Of a DNA stretch of 61,139 nt, positions 10,362 to 19,878 are shown in pieces. Location: NCBI GenBank assembly GCA_025062105.1, contig JANXAQ010000089.1:1-61139 (forward strand), in the 5' to 3' direction. The notes beneath the pieces are model-generated. The model was not told where the DNA came from. It saw only the letters and a program-made list of their open reading frames with translations, and did not search any database. This DNA is from Thermoguttaceae bacterium. Lineage in GTDB: Bacteria > Planctomycetota > Planctomycetia > Pirellulales > Thermoguttaceae. Made by a program: the position numbers and the translations under genes. Positions within the stretch are counted from its first letter, which is position 1, and the number at the start of each line of letters is the position of its first letter.

Positions 10362-11366
10362 ATGAAGAAGGCGTTTACCTTAGTGGAACTTTTGGTGGTG
10401 ATTTTGATTATTGGCATCTTGGTGGCGCTGCTATTGCCAGCGGTGCAGGCAGCCCGCGAAGCAGCCCGGCGCATCCAATGCGCCAATAACCTCAAACAGA
10501 TCGGCCTGGCCATGCACAACTACATCGATCGGGCGCGCGGCTTGCTGCCCAATGCCGGCTGGAGCGTCGCAGGCAACTATCCGAACGATTTTTCTCCGCT
10601 GGCCAAGATATTGCCGTATTGTGAGCAAGTACACTTACAGGATTTGATCGACTTTCGGATCATTATGGGGCATCCGGGCCGAAACGATTTGCCCTCTGCG
10701 CTGCACACAGCAGCTTCCAAAGTGGTACCAATATTTTTGTGCCCCAGCGACCCCGAACCGCCGGTACATAACATCACGATGCCTTCCGGCGCCGCCATTC
10801 CTGTGGCCGGAGCCAATTATGCGATGAATCAAGGCAGCGGCATGGACGGCATTTTCCATCCTGGTTTTGGCGCTACGGATGGCCTCTGCTGGGTCGATGC
10901 CCAGGTGAAACTGGAAAGCATCCGCGATGGTACCTCTAATACGCTAGCTTTTACCGAATCCATCCGAGGTCCCGGAGGGACACTGTCCCTATCGGCTTCG
11001 GTCAATCCCCGCGTCTATCGCCTTCAGGTACCTATATCCACTACGGTGTTAGACGCGGCGGATAGAGGGGATTGGGACACGTTGTATTCGTTTGCGAGCG
11101 GCTGGGACGGGAATCGACTCACCTGGTGGCTCCGGGGTAGTGTGCCGGGCGGTCCAGTGATGAACGGCCGATTCCCGCCCAACTTTAAAATCCCCGACTT
11201 GACACAACTGTCGGCGAAGGTAACCGCCGCCCGCAGTTGGCACGCCAAAGGGGTAAACGCCCTGTTCTGCGACGGCGCGGTGCATTTCATCGACGATTCC
11301 ATCAGTGTACAGGTCTGGCGGGCTTTGTGGACCCGGGCCGGCGGCGAGGTCGAAAATGTTTGGTAA
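10362..11366 (+). CDS. DUF1559 family protein (prepilin-type N-terminal cleavage/methylation domain plus C-terminal H-x9-DG motif)
   Basis: N-terminus [38 protein letters not shown]-terminal [16 protein letters not shown] (H-x9-DG). This family is expanded in Planctomycetes. Confidence 0.8.
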   Translation: MKKAFTLVELLVVILIIGILVALLLPAVQAAREAARRIQCANNLKQIGLAMHNYIDRARGLLPNAGWSVAGNYPNDFSPLAKILPYCEQVHLQDLIDFRIIMGHPGRNDLPSALHTAASKVVPIFLCPSDPEPPVHNITMPSGAAIPVAGANYAMNQGSGMDGIFHPGFGATDGLCWVDAQVKLESIRDGTSNTLAFTESIRGPGGTLSLSASVNPRVYRLQVPISTTVLDAADRGDWDTLYSFASGWDGNRLTWWLRGSVPGGPVMNGRFPPNFKIPDLTQLSAKVTAARSWHAKGVNALFCDGAVHFIDDSISVQVWRALWTRAGGEVENVW

Positions 11367-11476
11367 TCTCCTGCTGTCTCCTCTCGCCCCCAGAGCTTCC
11401 GGTCAACAAAGAAAAGACAGCGCTTTTCTGAGGAGCCATGTACATATTTTTCCATCCAGTTGGCAAAGGCAGCTTC

Positions 11477-12244
11477 ATGCGGACGCCTCTTTATGTGGAA
11501 AATCTTACCAAGCGGTTTCGGCAGGGCCAGGTGGTCATTGAAGCCCTTCGGCAGGTATCGTTTCGGGTGGCGGAGGGGCAGTTTACGGCGGTCATGGGAC
11601 CCAGCGGCAGCGGCAAAAGCACCCTGCTGCACCTGTTGGCTGGTCTCAGCCGGCCGGATGAGGGGCGCATCTTGGTCGAAGGTCAAGACCTGGCCGCTCT
11701 GTCGGACTATCAACGAACGGTATTTCGGCGGCGTCGGATCGGGCTGGTGTTTCAGGCCTTTAACCTGGTGCCCACGCTGACAGCCGAAGAAAACATCCTC
11801 CTGCCGGCCTTGGCCGACGGACGAAGCCGACGAGAACTGGCCGACCGGTTGGAAATGCTCCTCGAAGTACTGGAGCTAAAGGACCGGCGTCGGCATCGGC
11901 CCGACAGCTTGAGCGGCGGCGAACAACAACGAGTGGCCATCGCACGAGCATTAATCTGTGAGCCGGCGATTGTGTTGGCCGATGAACCAACCGGCAACCT
12001 GGACACCATGACCGGCCAAAACCTGTGCCGACTCCTGCATCGACTCTCTAAACAGCAAGGCCGAACTATCCTCCTGGTTACCCATGAACCGACGGTGGCC
12101 GTCTGGGCCGACCGGATTGTAGTGCTCAAAGACGGCCAGATTGTCCATGAGTTTGCTCCATCGGAGCACCGAGACCCTCAGCGCCTGGCCCTCCGCTACC
12201 AAGAGATTGTCGGCGCCGGGGCGCCGGTGGAGGTGGCCGGCTAG
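11477..12244 (+). CDS. ABC transporter ATP-binding protein (MacB/LolD-like)
   Basis: Walker A GPSGSGKST, ABC signature LSGGEQQRVAIARAL, Walker B ILLVTHE... and H-loop. Start at ATG 11477 (MRTPLYVENLTKRF) within ORF 11438-12244. Confidence 0.85.
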   Translation: MRTPLYVENLTKRFRQGQVVIEALRQVSFRVAEGQFTAVMGPSGSGKSTLLHLLAGLSRPDEGRILVEGQDLAALSDYQRTVFRRRRIGLVFQAFNLVPTLTAEENILLPALADGRSRRELADRLEMLLEVLELKDRRRHRPDSLSGGEQQRVAIARALICEPAIVLADEPTGNLDTMTGQNLCRLLHRLSKQQGRTILLVTHEPTVAVWADRIVVLKDGQIVHEFAPSEHRDPQRLALRYQEIVGAGAPVEVAG

Positions 12245-12310
12245 GTTCCTTCCTCCAATAGATTCCCCTAGAGGTTATTCCTCCACAAACAGAAAGTCCG
12301 GTTCGGTGGG

Positions 12311-12337
12311 GTCATTCCTGCGCAAGCAGGAATCCAG
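12311..12337. repeat. H-family hairpin (gtcattcctgcgcaagcaggaatccag); 8-9 bp perfect stem with GCAA loop
   Basis: Perfect palindrome attcctgc/gcaggaat. Lies 3' of the ABC ATPase gene. Confidence 0.8.
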
Positions 12338-12492
12338 AATATGGCCTCTGCTGGCTGGGGAAGAGATGATGGATAAAAAATCAGATTAAGGGGTGGGCAT
12401 CTCTACTTGCCCCGGGATCACCAGGGGCAGAACCAAGGGAGCGTGGGTTCCTGCTTGCATGGGAATAACATAGCTGGCGGCACAAGGGGTGT

Positions 12493-12517
12493 GGATTCTT
12501 GCTTTCGCAGGAATGAC
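12493..12517. repeat. H-family hairpin, inverted variant (ggattcttgctttcgcaggaatgac)
   Basis: Same architecture with imperfect stem. Confidence 0.6.
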
Positions 12518-12539
12518 ACAGGGGCAGCACAAGCAGCCT

Positions 12540-12558
12540 GGATCCCCGCGGGGATGAC
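12540..12558. repeat. H-family hairpin variant (ggatccccgcggggatgac)
   Basis: Palindrome atcccc/ggggat. Confidence 0.6.
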
Positions 12559-12598
12559 ACCTGGTTCCTCGCTTGCCCAGGGATGTGCCCCCTCACCC

Positions 12599-12619
12599 GG
12601 CATTGCCTTCGGCAATGCC
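12599..12619. repeat. H2 hairpin (ggcattgccttcggcaatgcc)
   Basis: Perfect palindrome gcattgcc/ggcaatgc with TTCG loop. A second copy is at 60853-60873. Confidence 0.75.
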
Positions 12620-12635
12620 ACCCTCTTGGAGCGGT

Positions 12636-12705
12636 GAGGAGAGGGATGCCCCTCACCCGGACAACCTAACGGTTGTCCACCCTCTCCCGCGGCGGGCAGA
12701 GGGGA
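12636..12705. repeat. R repeat copy 1: about 70-nt nested hairpin (ggagaggg...ggacaacc taac ggttgtcc...ccctctcc)
   Basis: Near-identical to 12824-12885. Confidence 0.75.
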
Positions 12706-12735
12706 GGAGGACCCCTCACTTAGCTGGGGTTTGTT

Positions 12736-12762
12736 GTCATTCCTGCGCAAGCAGGAATCCAG
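12736..12762. repeat. H-family hairpin (gtcattcctgcgcaagcaggaatccag)
   Basis: Identical to the 12311 copy. Confidence 0.8.
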
Positions 12763-12823
12763 GCTTCCCTGGGCGGCCGCTTGGCAAAGAAGGCCCCCTC
12801 ACCCCTGCCCCTGTTGGCGTGGT

Positions 12824-12885
12824 GGGGAGAGGGATGCCCCCTCACCCGGACAACCTAACGGTTGTCCACCCTCTCCCGGGGCGGG
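12824..12885. repeat. R repeat copy 2
   Basis: ggggagagggatgccccctcacccggacaacctaacggttgtccaccctctcccggggcgggcagaggg. Confidence 0.75.
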
Positions 12886-12932
12886 CAGAGGGGATTCTTT
12901 CGCTAACGCAGATGTTTCTCGGAGAGATAACG

Positions 12933-15900
12933 ATGCTTCTCTGCTGGAAATTGGCTTGGTCGTATGTTCGGCGGCATCCGTTGCGCATGGTGCTGGCGGC
13001 GACGGCGATTGTGGCCGCCGCCGGCATGGTCATTTGGGTGGTGAGCCGATACGATGCCCTGTTGGCCCAATTTGCCCACCAAACGCCCCAATATCTTGGC
13101 CGATATGATTTTTTCATTGTGCCGGAAACAGCAGACTCTCTCAGGCCGGGGGAAAATCCGAACCCCAGTTTTTTGCCATCGGAATTGGTAGCGGAACTTC
13201 GGCAGGACCCGGACATTGCCGAACTGGAGTTGGGTTTGCAATGGTCAGTCCGGGTGCTACCCGATCGGCCCGAAGGCTTTATGGGGCCCGGAGGAGGGGG
13301 AATGGGTGGGCCAGGCGGGATGGGCGGTTTGGGCGGCCTAGGTGGCTTTGGAGGAATAGAGGGTTTGCGTGGTATGCCCGATGGGGCGGGGATGGCCGGT
13401 TTTGGCGGCATGGCCGGCTTCAGAGGCGGACCAGGGGAAGGCGGTGGACAAGGGGGACCTGGTGGGTTTAACGCTCCCGGCGGCTTCGGCGGGATGGGCA
13501 GCACAGGAAGCCCTCAATCAAAACAGCCTTCTATGAGCGGGCCAGCAGCCGGACCGGGCAGCCCCATCCCACCCGGCGGTTCAGGCAGTGGACCGGGCGG
13601 TATGGCCGGGCCGGAAGGCCCAAGTTTCTCGAAAAAAGGCCCTGGTAGCCCCGTCCGTCCCGGCAGTGCGTCTGGGCCGCCACGACGCCCAATGTTTTTC
13701 GCTAGTCCCAAACTGATCGGCGTCCAGACTTCAGAGCCGCCCTATCCCCTAGTGGAAGGTCAGTGGATTGATCCGACCGATCCCAAAGCCCGCCATACGG
13801 CGATCACCCAACCGTTGGCCGAGACCATGCAGGTGAAGGTGGGCGACGAGCTGCTGGTGATTTCCGGAACTAAGGAATATCGGCTTAAGGTGGTTGGCAT
13901 TGTGCAGCAGACAGCTCAGGCCCCGACGTTACAGAAGCAATCGCCGACGGGTCGGCCGATGATGAGCGGACCGGGTCCGACGTTGGGGCCATCGCCGATG
14001 GCTTTGTATGTGCCCCGGCCTTTGGCTGAAAAAGTAGCCCGAAAACCGGATGGCGTGAATCTGGTCAGTATCAAACTGCAAAGCCAAGCGGACCAGCAGG
14101 CCTTTCGCAGCCGATGGCTGGCCCGGTTGGCCGGTGTGCAGCCGCCCATGCTTCTGGTAGGCCAGGAGGAACTCCGGTCGGCTCAGGAAGAAGGTTTTTG
14201 GGCAGCTAGCGCCCGTCGGCAGGCGTGGTCGGCCACCGGCATGGCCCTGTTGGCCGCCGTGTTTATCATCTTCACCACGCTCAGCATGGGAGTAACCGAA
14301 CGGATCCGCCAATTGGCCGTCTTGCGGGCCGTTGGACTCAGCCGACTGCAAGTAGCCGGCATCATCGGCATGGAAAGTCTCTTGCTAGGCCTTTTGGGTT
14401 GGGCCGGAGGACTCTTGGCTGGCTGGGGAATGCTTCAGGTGTTGGCCTGGGCCAAACCGGAGATCTTCACTGGGCCAGTGAGTTTGGGCGCTTGGTGCAT
14501 TGGGCTTTCGGGGCTAAGTGCGTTGGGCGGGGCGCTGCTGGCGGCTATTGTGCCGGCCTGGCAGGCCACCCGGGTGCCGCCCGGAGAGGTGCTTTCGCCG
14601 GCCAGCCCACAAAGGCCCCAATGGGTATGGATTTTAGGCCTGGCGGCTGTTGGCTTAGTGCTAATCGGCATTAATCCCTTGGTGGTCTTTGTGGTGCAAC
14701 TGCCCGAAGAAGCCCGATACGACGTGTATGCAGCGGTGGGATGTACGAGCATGGCCCTGGGCTTTTTAGCCTTAGCGCCGTTGAGCATTGTAGTCTTGGA
14801 GGCGGTGTTAGGACCGGTATTGGGCTGGGTGCTTCGGCTGGATGGACGGCTACTGCGTCAGCAGCTTTCCAGCCACCTGGGCCGAACCTTGGGAACGACA
14901 GCGGCCCTGAGCGTGGGCCTGGGGCTTTATGCAGCGATGATGGTCTGGGGCTACTCCATGCTGGAGCCGTTCAAACCCGGCCAATGGGTGCCCGATATGT
15001 TGGTTGCCTTCCAACTAGGCGGCCTGCCAGAAAACGAAGTGGAAACGGTTCGGCGGATGCCTGGTGTGCGGCCCGATCAGTGTCTGCCTCTGGCCGTCGA
15101 ACAGCCCCGATTGGCCGAGGATATTACCGGAAGCCGATTCGGCACCTCAGTAACCCGACAGGACAATGTGATCATGGTCGGCGTAGATGCGCAAAGAGCG
15201 TTCGGCGGGCCGAACCCGGTGTTTAAGCTCCAGTTTGTCCAAGGATCAGCGAAAGATACGATTTGGTTTTTCCAGCAAGGTCGCTACTGCATTGTGCCGG
15301 ACCATTTCCTGACGGCTACGGGGCTTCGGGTGGGGGATCGGTTTTCGGTGGTGCCGCCTAATAGGCCGAACCAGCCGGTGGAATATACGATTGCTGGTGT
15401 GGTTCGGCTTCCAGGTTGGCACTGGATGACGAAGTTTTCCGGCCTACGACGTCGGAGCGGTCGATCGGCGGCCTTGGTCTTTGCCCCGTATGAGCAGGTT
15501 CGAGAAGACTTCGACCTGAAAGAGATCAACTTCTTCTGGCTGAATCGGGACAGGCAGGTTCCGGTGGAGGAGACAGGCAAGGCGCTGGCGGAGCTAGCTC
15601 AGCGCTATCTAGGGCCGCCGCAGCCGGTCAATCAGCAAGGCACCTGGGCGTTTGCGGCCAGGATGTACGGCCCTTCGGTACGGGTGACGCTGCCGGAGGA
15701 TATTTACGAGCGGCTCATCCAGCGGGCCGACTCGATGATCTGGACCATGTGCCAATTGCCGCTGTTGACCCTGATGGTTACCTCGCTGGGGGTGGTCAAT
15801 ACGGTGATGGCGTCGGTGCGGGCCCGTCGGTGGGAATTGGGCGTGCTGCGATCGGTGGGCCTTACCCGAAGCGGCCTGCTACGATTGATCTTGGCCGAGG

Positions 15901-16157
15901 GAGTGCTGATCGGCCTGGTAGCCTGTGCGGTGAGTTTAGCCTTTGGCGTGATGGCCGGTTGGTGCGGGATCGGTATTTCGCAATATGTGAGCTTTTTCGG
16001 CGGAATGGAGACGCCACTGGTGGTGCCATGGGTCAAAATCTCTGGCGGTTTTGCTCTGGCATTGGGCTTGTGCTTTGTCGGCGCCATTGGGCCAGCTATT
16101 ACGACCGCCTTCCAAGAGCCTCTGCGCCTGCTCCAAGAAGGCCGCACTGCATTGTAA
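12933..16157 (+). CDS. ABC transporter permease, FtsX/MacB family, giant two-module form with a Gly-rich low-complexity periplasmic insert
   Basis: Two FtsX 4-TM modules at about 14200-14600 and 15700-16100. The N-terminus MLLCWKLAWSYVRRHP... resembles MacB-type permeases. The annotated ORF 12573-16157 extends upstream only by reading through hairpin repeats, so the true start is probably 12912 or 12933. Confidence 0.75.
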   Translation: MLLCWKLAWSYVRRHPLRMVLAATAIVAAAGMVIWVVSRYDALLAQFAHQTPQYLGRYDFFIVPETADSLRPGENPNPSFLPSELVAELRQDPDIAELELGLQWSVRVLPDRPEGFMGPGGGGMGGPGGMGGLGGLGGFGGIEGLRGMPDGAGMAGFGGMAGFRGGPGEGGGQGGPGGFNAPGGFGGMGSTGSPQSKQPSMSGPAAGPGSPIPPGGSGSGPGGMAGPEGPSFSKKGPGSPVRPGSASGPPRRPMFFASPKLIGVQTSEPPYPLVEGQWIDPTDPKARHTAITQPLAETMQVKVGDELLVISGTKEYRLKVVGIVQQTAQAPTLQKQSPTGRPMMSGPGPTLGPSPMALYVPRPLAEKVARKPDGVNLVSIKLQSQADQQAFRSRWLARLAGVQPPMLLVGQEELRSAQEEGFWAASARRQAWSATGMALLAAVFIIFTTLSMGVTERIRQLAVLRAVGLSRLQVAGIIGMESLLLGLLGWAGGLLAGWGMLQVLAWAKPEIFTGPVSLGAWCIGLSGLSALGGALLAAIVPAWQATRVPPGEVLSPASPQRPQWVWILGLAAVGLVLIGINPLVVFVVQLPEEARYDVYAAVGCTSMALGFLALAPLSIVVLEAVLGPVLGWVLRLDGRLLRQQLSSHLGRTLGTTAALSVGLGLYAAMMVWGYSMLEPFKPGQWVPDMLVAFQLGGLPENEVETVRRMPGVRPDQCLPLAVEQPRLAEDITGSRFGTSVTRQDNVIMVGVDAQRAFGGPNPVFKLQFVQGSAKDTIWFFQQGRYCIVPDHFLTATGLRVGDRFSVVPPNRPNQPVEYTIAGVVRLPGWHWMTKFSGLRRRSGRSAALVFAPYEQVREDFDLKEINFFWLNRDRQVPVEETGKALAELAQRYLGPPQPVNQQGTWAFAARMYGPSVRVTLPEDIYERLIQRADSMIWTMCQLPLLTLMVTSLGVVNTVMASVRARRWELGVLRSVGLTRSGLLRLILAEGVLIGLVACAVSLAFGVMAGWCGIGISQYVSFFGGMETPLVVPWVKISGGFALALGLCFVGAIGPAITTAFQEPLRLLQEGRTAL

Positions 16158-16447
16158 AATCCGCCTGTTGCTTGAATTTTCGTCCCCCTTTGAATTCCTT
16201 CTCGGCCAACCCCTCTACCCATGGAGTCATTGCCTCCCATCAAGGCTTTTCCATTTGATGGTTTGCTCTTTTGGATATCTTTGGATGCACTATTTCCTTT
16301 GGACGCACTATTTCCGAAAAACTGAGTTTCGTATATCTTCTTCCAAGGAGGCATAGACCTGAAGTTTTCTGGGGGGCATAATAGCTTATAACAGTATGGA
16401 ATCAGCGCTTCGAATAATCGTAACATTTCAGCCAAATGGCGCACTGT

Positions 16448-16480
16448 GTCATTCCTGCGCAAGCAGGAATCCAGTTTTTT
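16448..16480 (+). terminator. H-family hairpin followed by T6, which is intrinsic-terminator-like
   Basis: gtcattcctgcgcaagcaggaatccag followed by tttttt. Lies between the FtsX permease gene and the Tat oxidoreductase gene. Confidence 0.5.
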
Positions 16481-16610
16481 GCTGTGGGTTATCTCTGCTG
16501 GATTTCTGCCTTCCCGGGAATGCCTTCATAGGCATTTCTTTGGCGAAACTAGGCAGCTTCTTCATTCGGCTAAAGTGGTACGAATAATCTTCTTTGGAAA
16601 GGGACCACCG

Positions 16611-17951
16611 ATGGAACACAAACTTTCCCACAGATGTGGCGGCGGTAGTTCTGGAGCGACTGGCCGGGGCAGGACGCGGCGGGAGTTTTTGAAGGCGGCT
16701 GCTGGCGGTACTGCGGCGGCGCTGGCTGGACTTTCGATTGCCCGATCGGCCCATGCCCGGGGCGAACAGGTGGTCAAAATCGGTATGATCGGCGCTGGCG
16801 GCCGATGCAGCGGTGCAGCGGCTGAAAGTATGCGGGCCGGCCCGTTTGTCAAACTGGTGGCCATGTGCGATGTGTTTGAAAATCGGGTGCGTGCCGCCCG
16901 AGAGCGGCTCAAAAAAATGTTTCCAGACCAAGTGCTGGTCGATGATGATCAGTGCTTGCACGGTTTTGATGTGCAACAGCGGGTGATCGAAGCCTCGGAT
17001 ATCGTGCTGATTGCCTGTGCGTCGAAGTTCCATCCGATGTATTCGGAGATGGCTATTAAAGCAGGTAAACATGTGTTTGTGGAAAAGCCGCCGGCCATTG
17101 ATCCGGCCGGTTGCAAGCGGCTGGCTGCCGTCTGCCAACTGGCCAAACAGAAAGGCCTAAGTATTGTCTGCGGCCTTCAGAGCCGATTCCACCGAGGCTA
17201 CCAGGAGTGCATGAAACGGATTCACGACGGGGCCATTGGCCAGATCGTGGCGGCCCAGGCTATGTTCCTGCGCAGTCCCTACCAACTAGTGCGACGAGAC
17301 CCGAAACTTACGGAAACCCAATACCAGTTCAGTAATTGGTACCACTTCTGCTGGCTCTCGGGCGACGATGTGAACCAGTCCCTGGTACACAACATGGACC
17401 GGGTAGCCTGGGCATTGAAAGAGGAAACGCCCCGTTGGTGTTTTGGTCTGGCGGGCCGATCCACCAGCTTCGGCGAAGTATATGGCGATATGTTTGACCA
17501 CCATACTGTTGTTTATGAGTATCCAAGCGGCGCCCGAGTTTATGCGATGTGCCAAACCCGAGACGGCTGCTACCACAACTACTCCGACATTATTATGGGT
17601 ACAAAAGGCGTTTGCTACCTTGGCGATTGCCGGATTACGGGCGAAAACGCCTGGAAGTTTGAAGGACCCCACAATAACCCCTACGACGACGAACAAAAAG
17701 CTTTGGTGGATTCCGTCTTGCAGGGCAAACCAATCCAAACTGAGTATATGATCAATAGCACCTGGACGGTCATCATGGGCCAAATTGCCTGCTATACGGG
17801 TAAAGCGGTAGAGTGGGACCAGGTGGTTAAGTCGGACTTTCAGTTTGGCCCACCGCCGGAACAGAGCAATTTCGACACGCCGCCGCCTGTCAAACCCGGC
17901 CCCGACGGCAACTACCCCCTGCCGATCCCCGGCTTTACCAAACTGATTTAG
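16611..17951 (+). CDS. Gfo/Idh/MocA family NAD(P)-dependent oxidoreductase with Tat signal (GH109-like)
   Basis: Twin-arginine motif RREFLKAAAGGTAAALAGLSIARSAHA. Rossmann motif IGMIGAGGR. Paralogous to 20356-21684 (shared NWYHFCWLSGDD). Confidence 0.8.
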   Translation: MEHKLSHRCGGGSSGATGRGRTRREFLKAAAGGTAAALAGLSIARSAHARGEQVVKIGMIGAGGRCSGAAAESMRAGPFVKLVAMCDVFENRVRAARERLKKMFPDQVLVDDDQCLHGFDVQQRVIEASDIVLIACASKFHPMYSEMAIKAGKHVFVEKPPAIDPAGCKRLAAVCQLAKQKGLSIVCGLQSRFHRGYQECMKRIHDGAIGQIVAAQAMFLRSPYQLVRRDPKLTETQYQFSNWYHFCWLSGDDVNQSLVHNMDRVAWALKEETPRWCFGLAGRSTSFGEVYGDMFDHHTVVYEYPSGARVYAMCQTRDGCYHNYSDIIMGTKGVCYLGDCRITGENAWKFEGPHNNPYDDEQKALVDSVLQGKPIQTEYMINSTWTVIMGQIACYTGKAVEWDQVVKSDFQFGPPPEQSNFDTPPPVKPGPDGNYPLPIPGFTKLI

Positions 17952-18061
17952 ACGACCTAACAAAATAGCCACATTTCAGCCGAACCAAACAACCTCGGTT
18001 CCGCCATTGCTTTCACAGCCCGCCATTGTGGAAAGCAATCCCGATTGCACTACCTTCCATT

Positions 18062-18086
18062 GTCATCCCTGCGCAGGCAGGGATCC
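18062..18086. repeat. H-family hairpin, covarying variant (gtcatccctgcgcaggcagggatcc)
   Basis: The stem changes t to c and a to g on both arms and remains a perfect palindrome. Lies between convergent genes. Confidence 0.8.
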
Positions 18087-18245
18087 GGTTCCCCAAAAAC
18101 TCTGGAGAAAACTTCTGGATTGCCGTTTGGGCGGGCATGACAATAGGAGGGTACTTATTTACACTAAAAATAACTTTCCTCTTTACTCAGCTGAAGTAGA
18201 ACAAGTTTTCAATAGAGCCTTAGGAAGTCTTAGCAGTTGCCGACG

Positions 18246-19193
18246 CTAGCGGCTGGCAGTCTTGGATAGGGTGCTAAACCGGCGCACGTACTCAGCGTTT
18301 TCAGCCGGTTGGTCGCTGTAGCGATCGTAGATGCCGACAATAACTGCGTCGGTGGGCTTAATGTGGGCAAAGGTCTGCTGAAATGCTTCTTCTACCCACT
18401 GTTTGCGCTCGGAAAGCCTACCTGCGGCCAAAATCTTAAATGCCAGGCAGGGCCGACCTGTTGCCCGGATGGCTCGGTACATCCGAGGCGGGTCCATCGG
18501 CAAATACACCTCGCCGACCGGAATCGGCGCCTGACCCAGCAATTTTTCCAGTTCCTCCTTCGACCGATGCCGCTCATACACACAGGTCATATAGTAGTCC
18601 AGATCCCAACCGCGGGATTCGATCTCTTCGACTACCGCGGGCATGTGGGTCGAAACGCCAACCAGCAGCCCAGCATCCCGCACCTTTTTGAGATATTCCC
18701 GCACCTGATCCAATCGGCCTGCTTTGAACAGTTGGTCGGTGCGTTCGCCGTGATGGGCGATGGCAATGCAACCGGCTTCTTTCAGGCTGCGGATGGACTC
18801 TGCATCGCCGGCGTCGATAGCTAAGTACAGCATTTGACTGCCCATTTCTCGAAGACGCCGGTGCAGCTGGGCGTTCCGAGGCCCGCTGCCTTGCCAGGCA
18901 TTGATTCCTACCTGTTCACACCGGCGCAAAGTTTTCAGGATTTGCTCATCCGTGTAATAGGCCCGCATTTCGTAGTTGACAAAGATCGACAAATGCGAAC
19001 CGGCATTAAAACAGTTTGATCCACAGATAAGCCGGGAAATCTTATACGGCCCAAGCGAAATCTGGGGCAAGCTGGTATCAGCGGTGGTGGGCGGTTGTTC
19101 CGCGGCTAGCAGACGGGCCGATTCGCCGGATACGCCAGCACATACTCCGGCCGCCATCGTCAAAAAATCCCGCCGGCTGGTACCAATCTTCAT
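18246..19193 (-). CDS. Hypothetical Tat-signal protein
   Basis: N-terminus MKIGTSRRDFLTMAAGVCAGVSGESARLLAAE is Tat-like. The 315-aa ORF is coding-like; no family recognised. Confidence 0.5.
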   Translation of the reverse strand: MKIGTSRRDFLTMAAGVCAGVSGESARLLAAEQPPTTADTSLPQISLGPYKISRLICGSNCFNAGSHLSIFVNYEMRAYYTDEQILKTLRRCEQVGINAWQGSGPRNAQLHRRLREMGSQMLYLAIDAGDAESIRSLKEAGCIAIAHHGERTDQLFKAGRLDQVREYLKKVRDAGLLVGVSTHMPAVVEEIESRGWDLDYYMTCVYERHRSKEELEKLLGQAPIPVGEVYLPMDPPRMYRAIRATGRPCLAFKILAAGRLSERKQWVEEAFQQTFAHIKPTDAVIVGIYDRYSDQPAENAEYVRRFSTLSKTASR

Positions 19194-19258
19194 AGACGAA
19201 TCCTCCAAGTTGGAAATAAGGACACTTGTGGTAAGATCGACAGGTGAAACAAACAGAC

Positions 19259-19601
19259 TTATCTTTCCTCAGGTGGCAGAAAGGGGAGAATCTGCGTCAG
19301 CAATTCTGGCACGGCTTCCGTTGCTGTTCGCCAGACTAAATCCCACTGAATCTTATCATAGCCATGAATAAGACGATTCCCATCCCCACGATCTTAGCCC
19401 ACGGAATTGCCGGATGGGATGAGGTGAACGGCATAGATAACCGACTGGCGGCCTCCCCCATGATCAGCAGTTGGCACACTACAGCCCACCGCTTTTCCGG
19501 ATTGGCAATAAAAAAGATGCTTCGTTCACGCCTTTCACAAAATCAGCAATTCGGCGGCACGCTTCTGCTATATCCACGAGGGTAGCCTCATCGCGCCACA
19601 T
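19259..19601 (-). pseudogene. HEPN (DUF86/HepT-like) toxin gene, reading frame broken twice (+1 shifts at homopolymer runs)
   Basis: Three consecutive frames on the minus strand give MWRDEATLVDIAEACRRIADFVKGVNEASFLL, then AVVCQLLIMGEAASRLSMPFTSSHPAIPWAKIVGM, then NRLIHGYDKIQWDLVWRTATEAVPELLTQILPFLPPEER. Together this is a full-length DUF86 with an Rx4HxY motif. It overlaps the MNT gene stop by 4 codons. Confidence 0.55.
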
Positions 19602-19878
19602 ACAGCTCCCTTACATTCTCTAGAATGTAACGACGCCGAATCCAGTTGGAGCTTTGCTCCACACATTGGCGTTCCACCAGATCCACCGGACGGCCTAGAA
19701 GCTGGCTCAATTCCTGCTCGGCTTCCACCAAATCCAGTAAATTCCACCGGGCTTCCGGCGAAAACTCCACCAGGATGTCCACGTCGCTTTCCGGACCAAA
19801 GTCCTCCCGAAGGACCGAACCAAAAAGCCACATCCGCCAGATCTTCCAGTGCCGGCAAAAAGCTTCGATTTTGTCCAT
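19588..19878 (-). CDS. Nucleotidyltransferase (MNT-type antitoxin of a HEPN/MNT pair)
   Basis: LFGSVLREDFGPESDVDILVEF is the polymerase-beta nucleotidyltransferase motif (GS...DxD). About 96 aa from ATG 19878; an alternative upstream ATG is at 19908. Confidence 0.7.
   Translation of the reverse strand: MDKIEAFCRHWKIWRMWLFGSVLREDFGPESDVDILVEFSPEARWNLLDLVEAEQELSQLLGRPVDLVERQCVEQSSNWIRRRYILENVRELYVAR

Noticed and set aside
12573-12932. N-terminal 120 codons of the annotated 1194-aa FtsX ORF (PHPDNLTVVHPLP appears twice)
   Set aside because: This is translation through tandem hairpin repeats R and H. The duplicate peptide is a repeat artefact, and the start at 12912 or 12933 gives a normal FtsX N-terminus.
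12141-16587. Several ORFs containing SFLRKQES, HSCASRNP or VIPAQAGIQ peptides (12141-12389, 12418-12750, 12731-13108, 16396-16587, the first codons of 16446)
   Set aside because: They arise from reading the H hairpin in different frames. The peptide recurs because the DNA repeat recurs.
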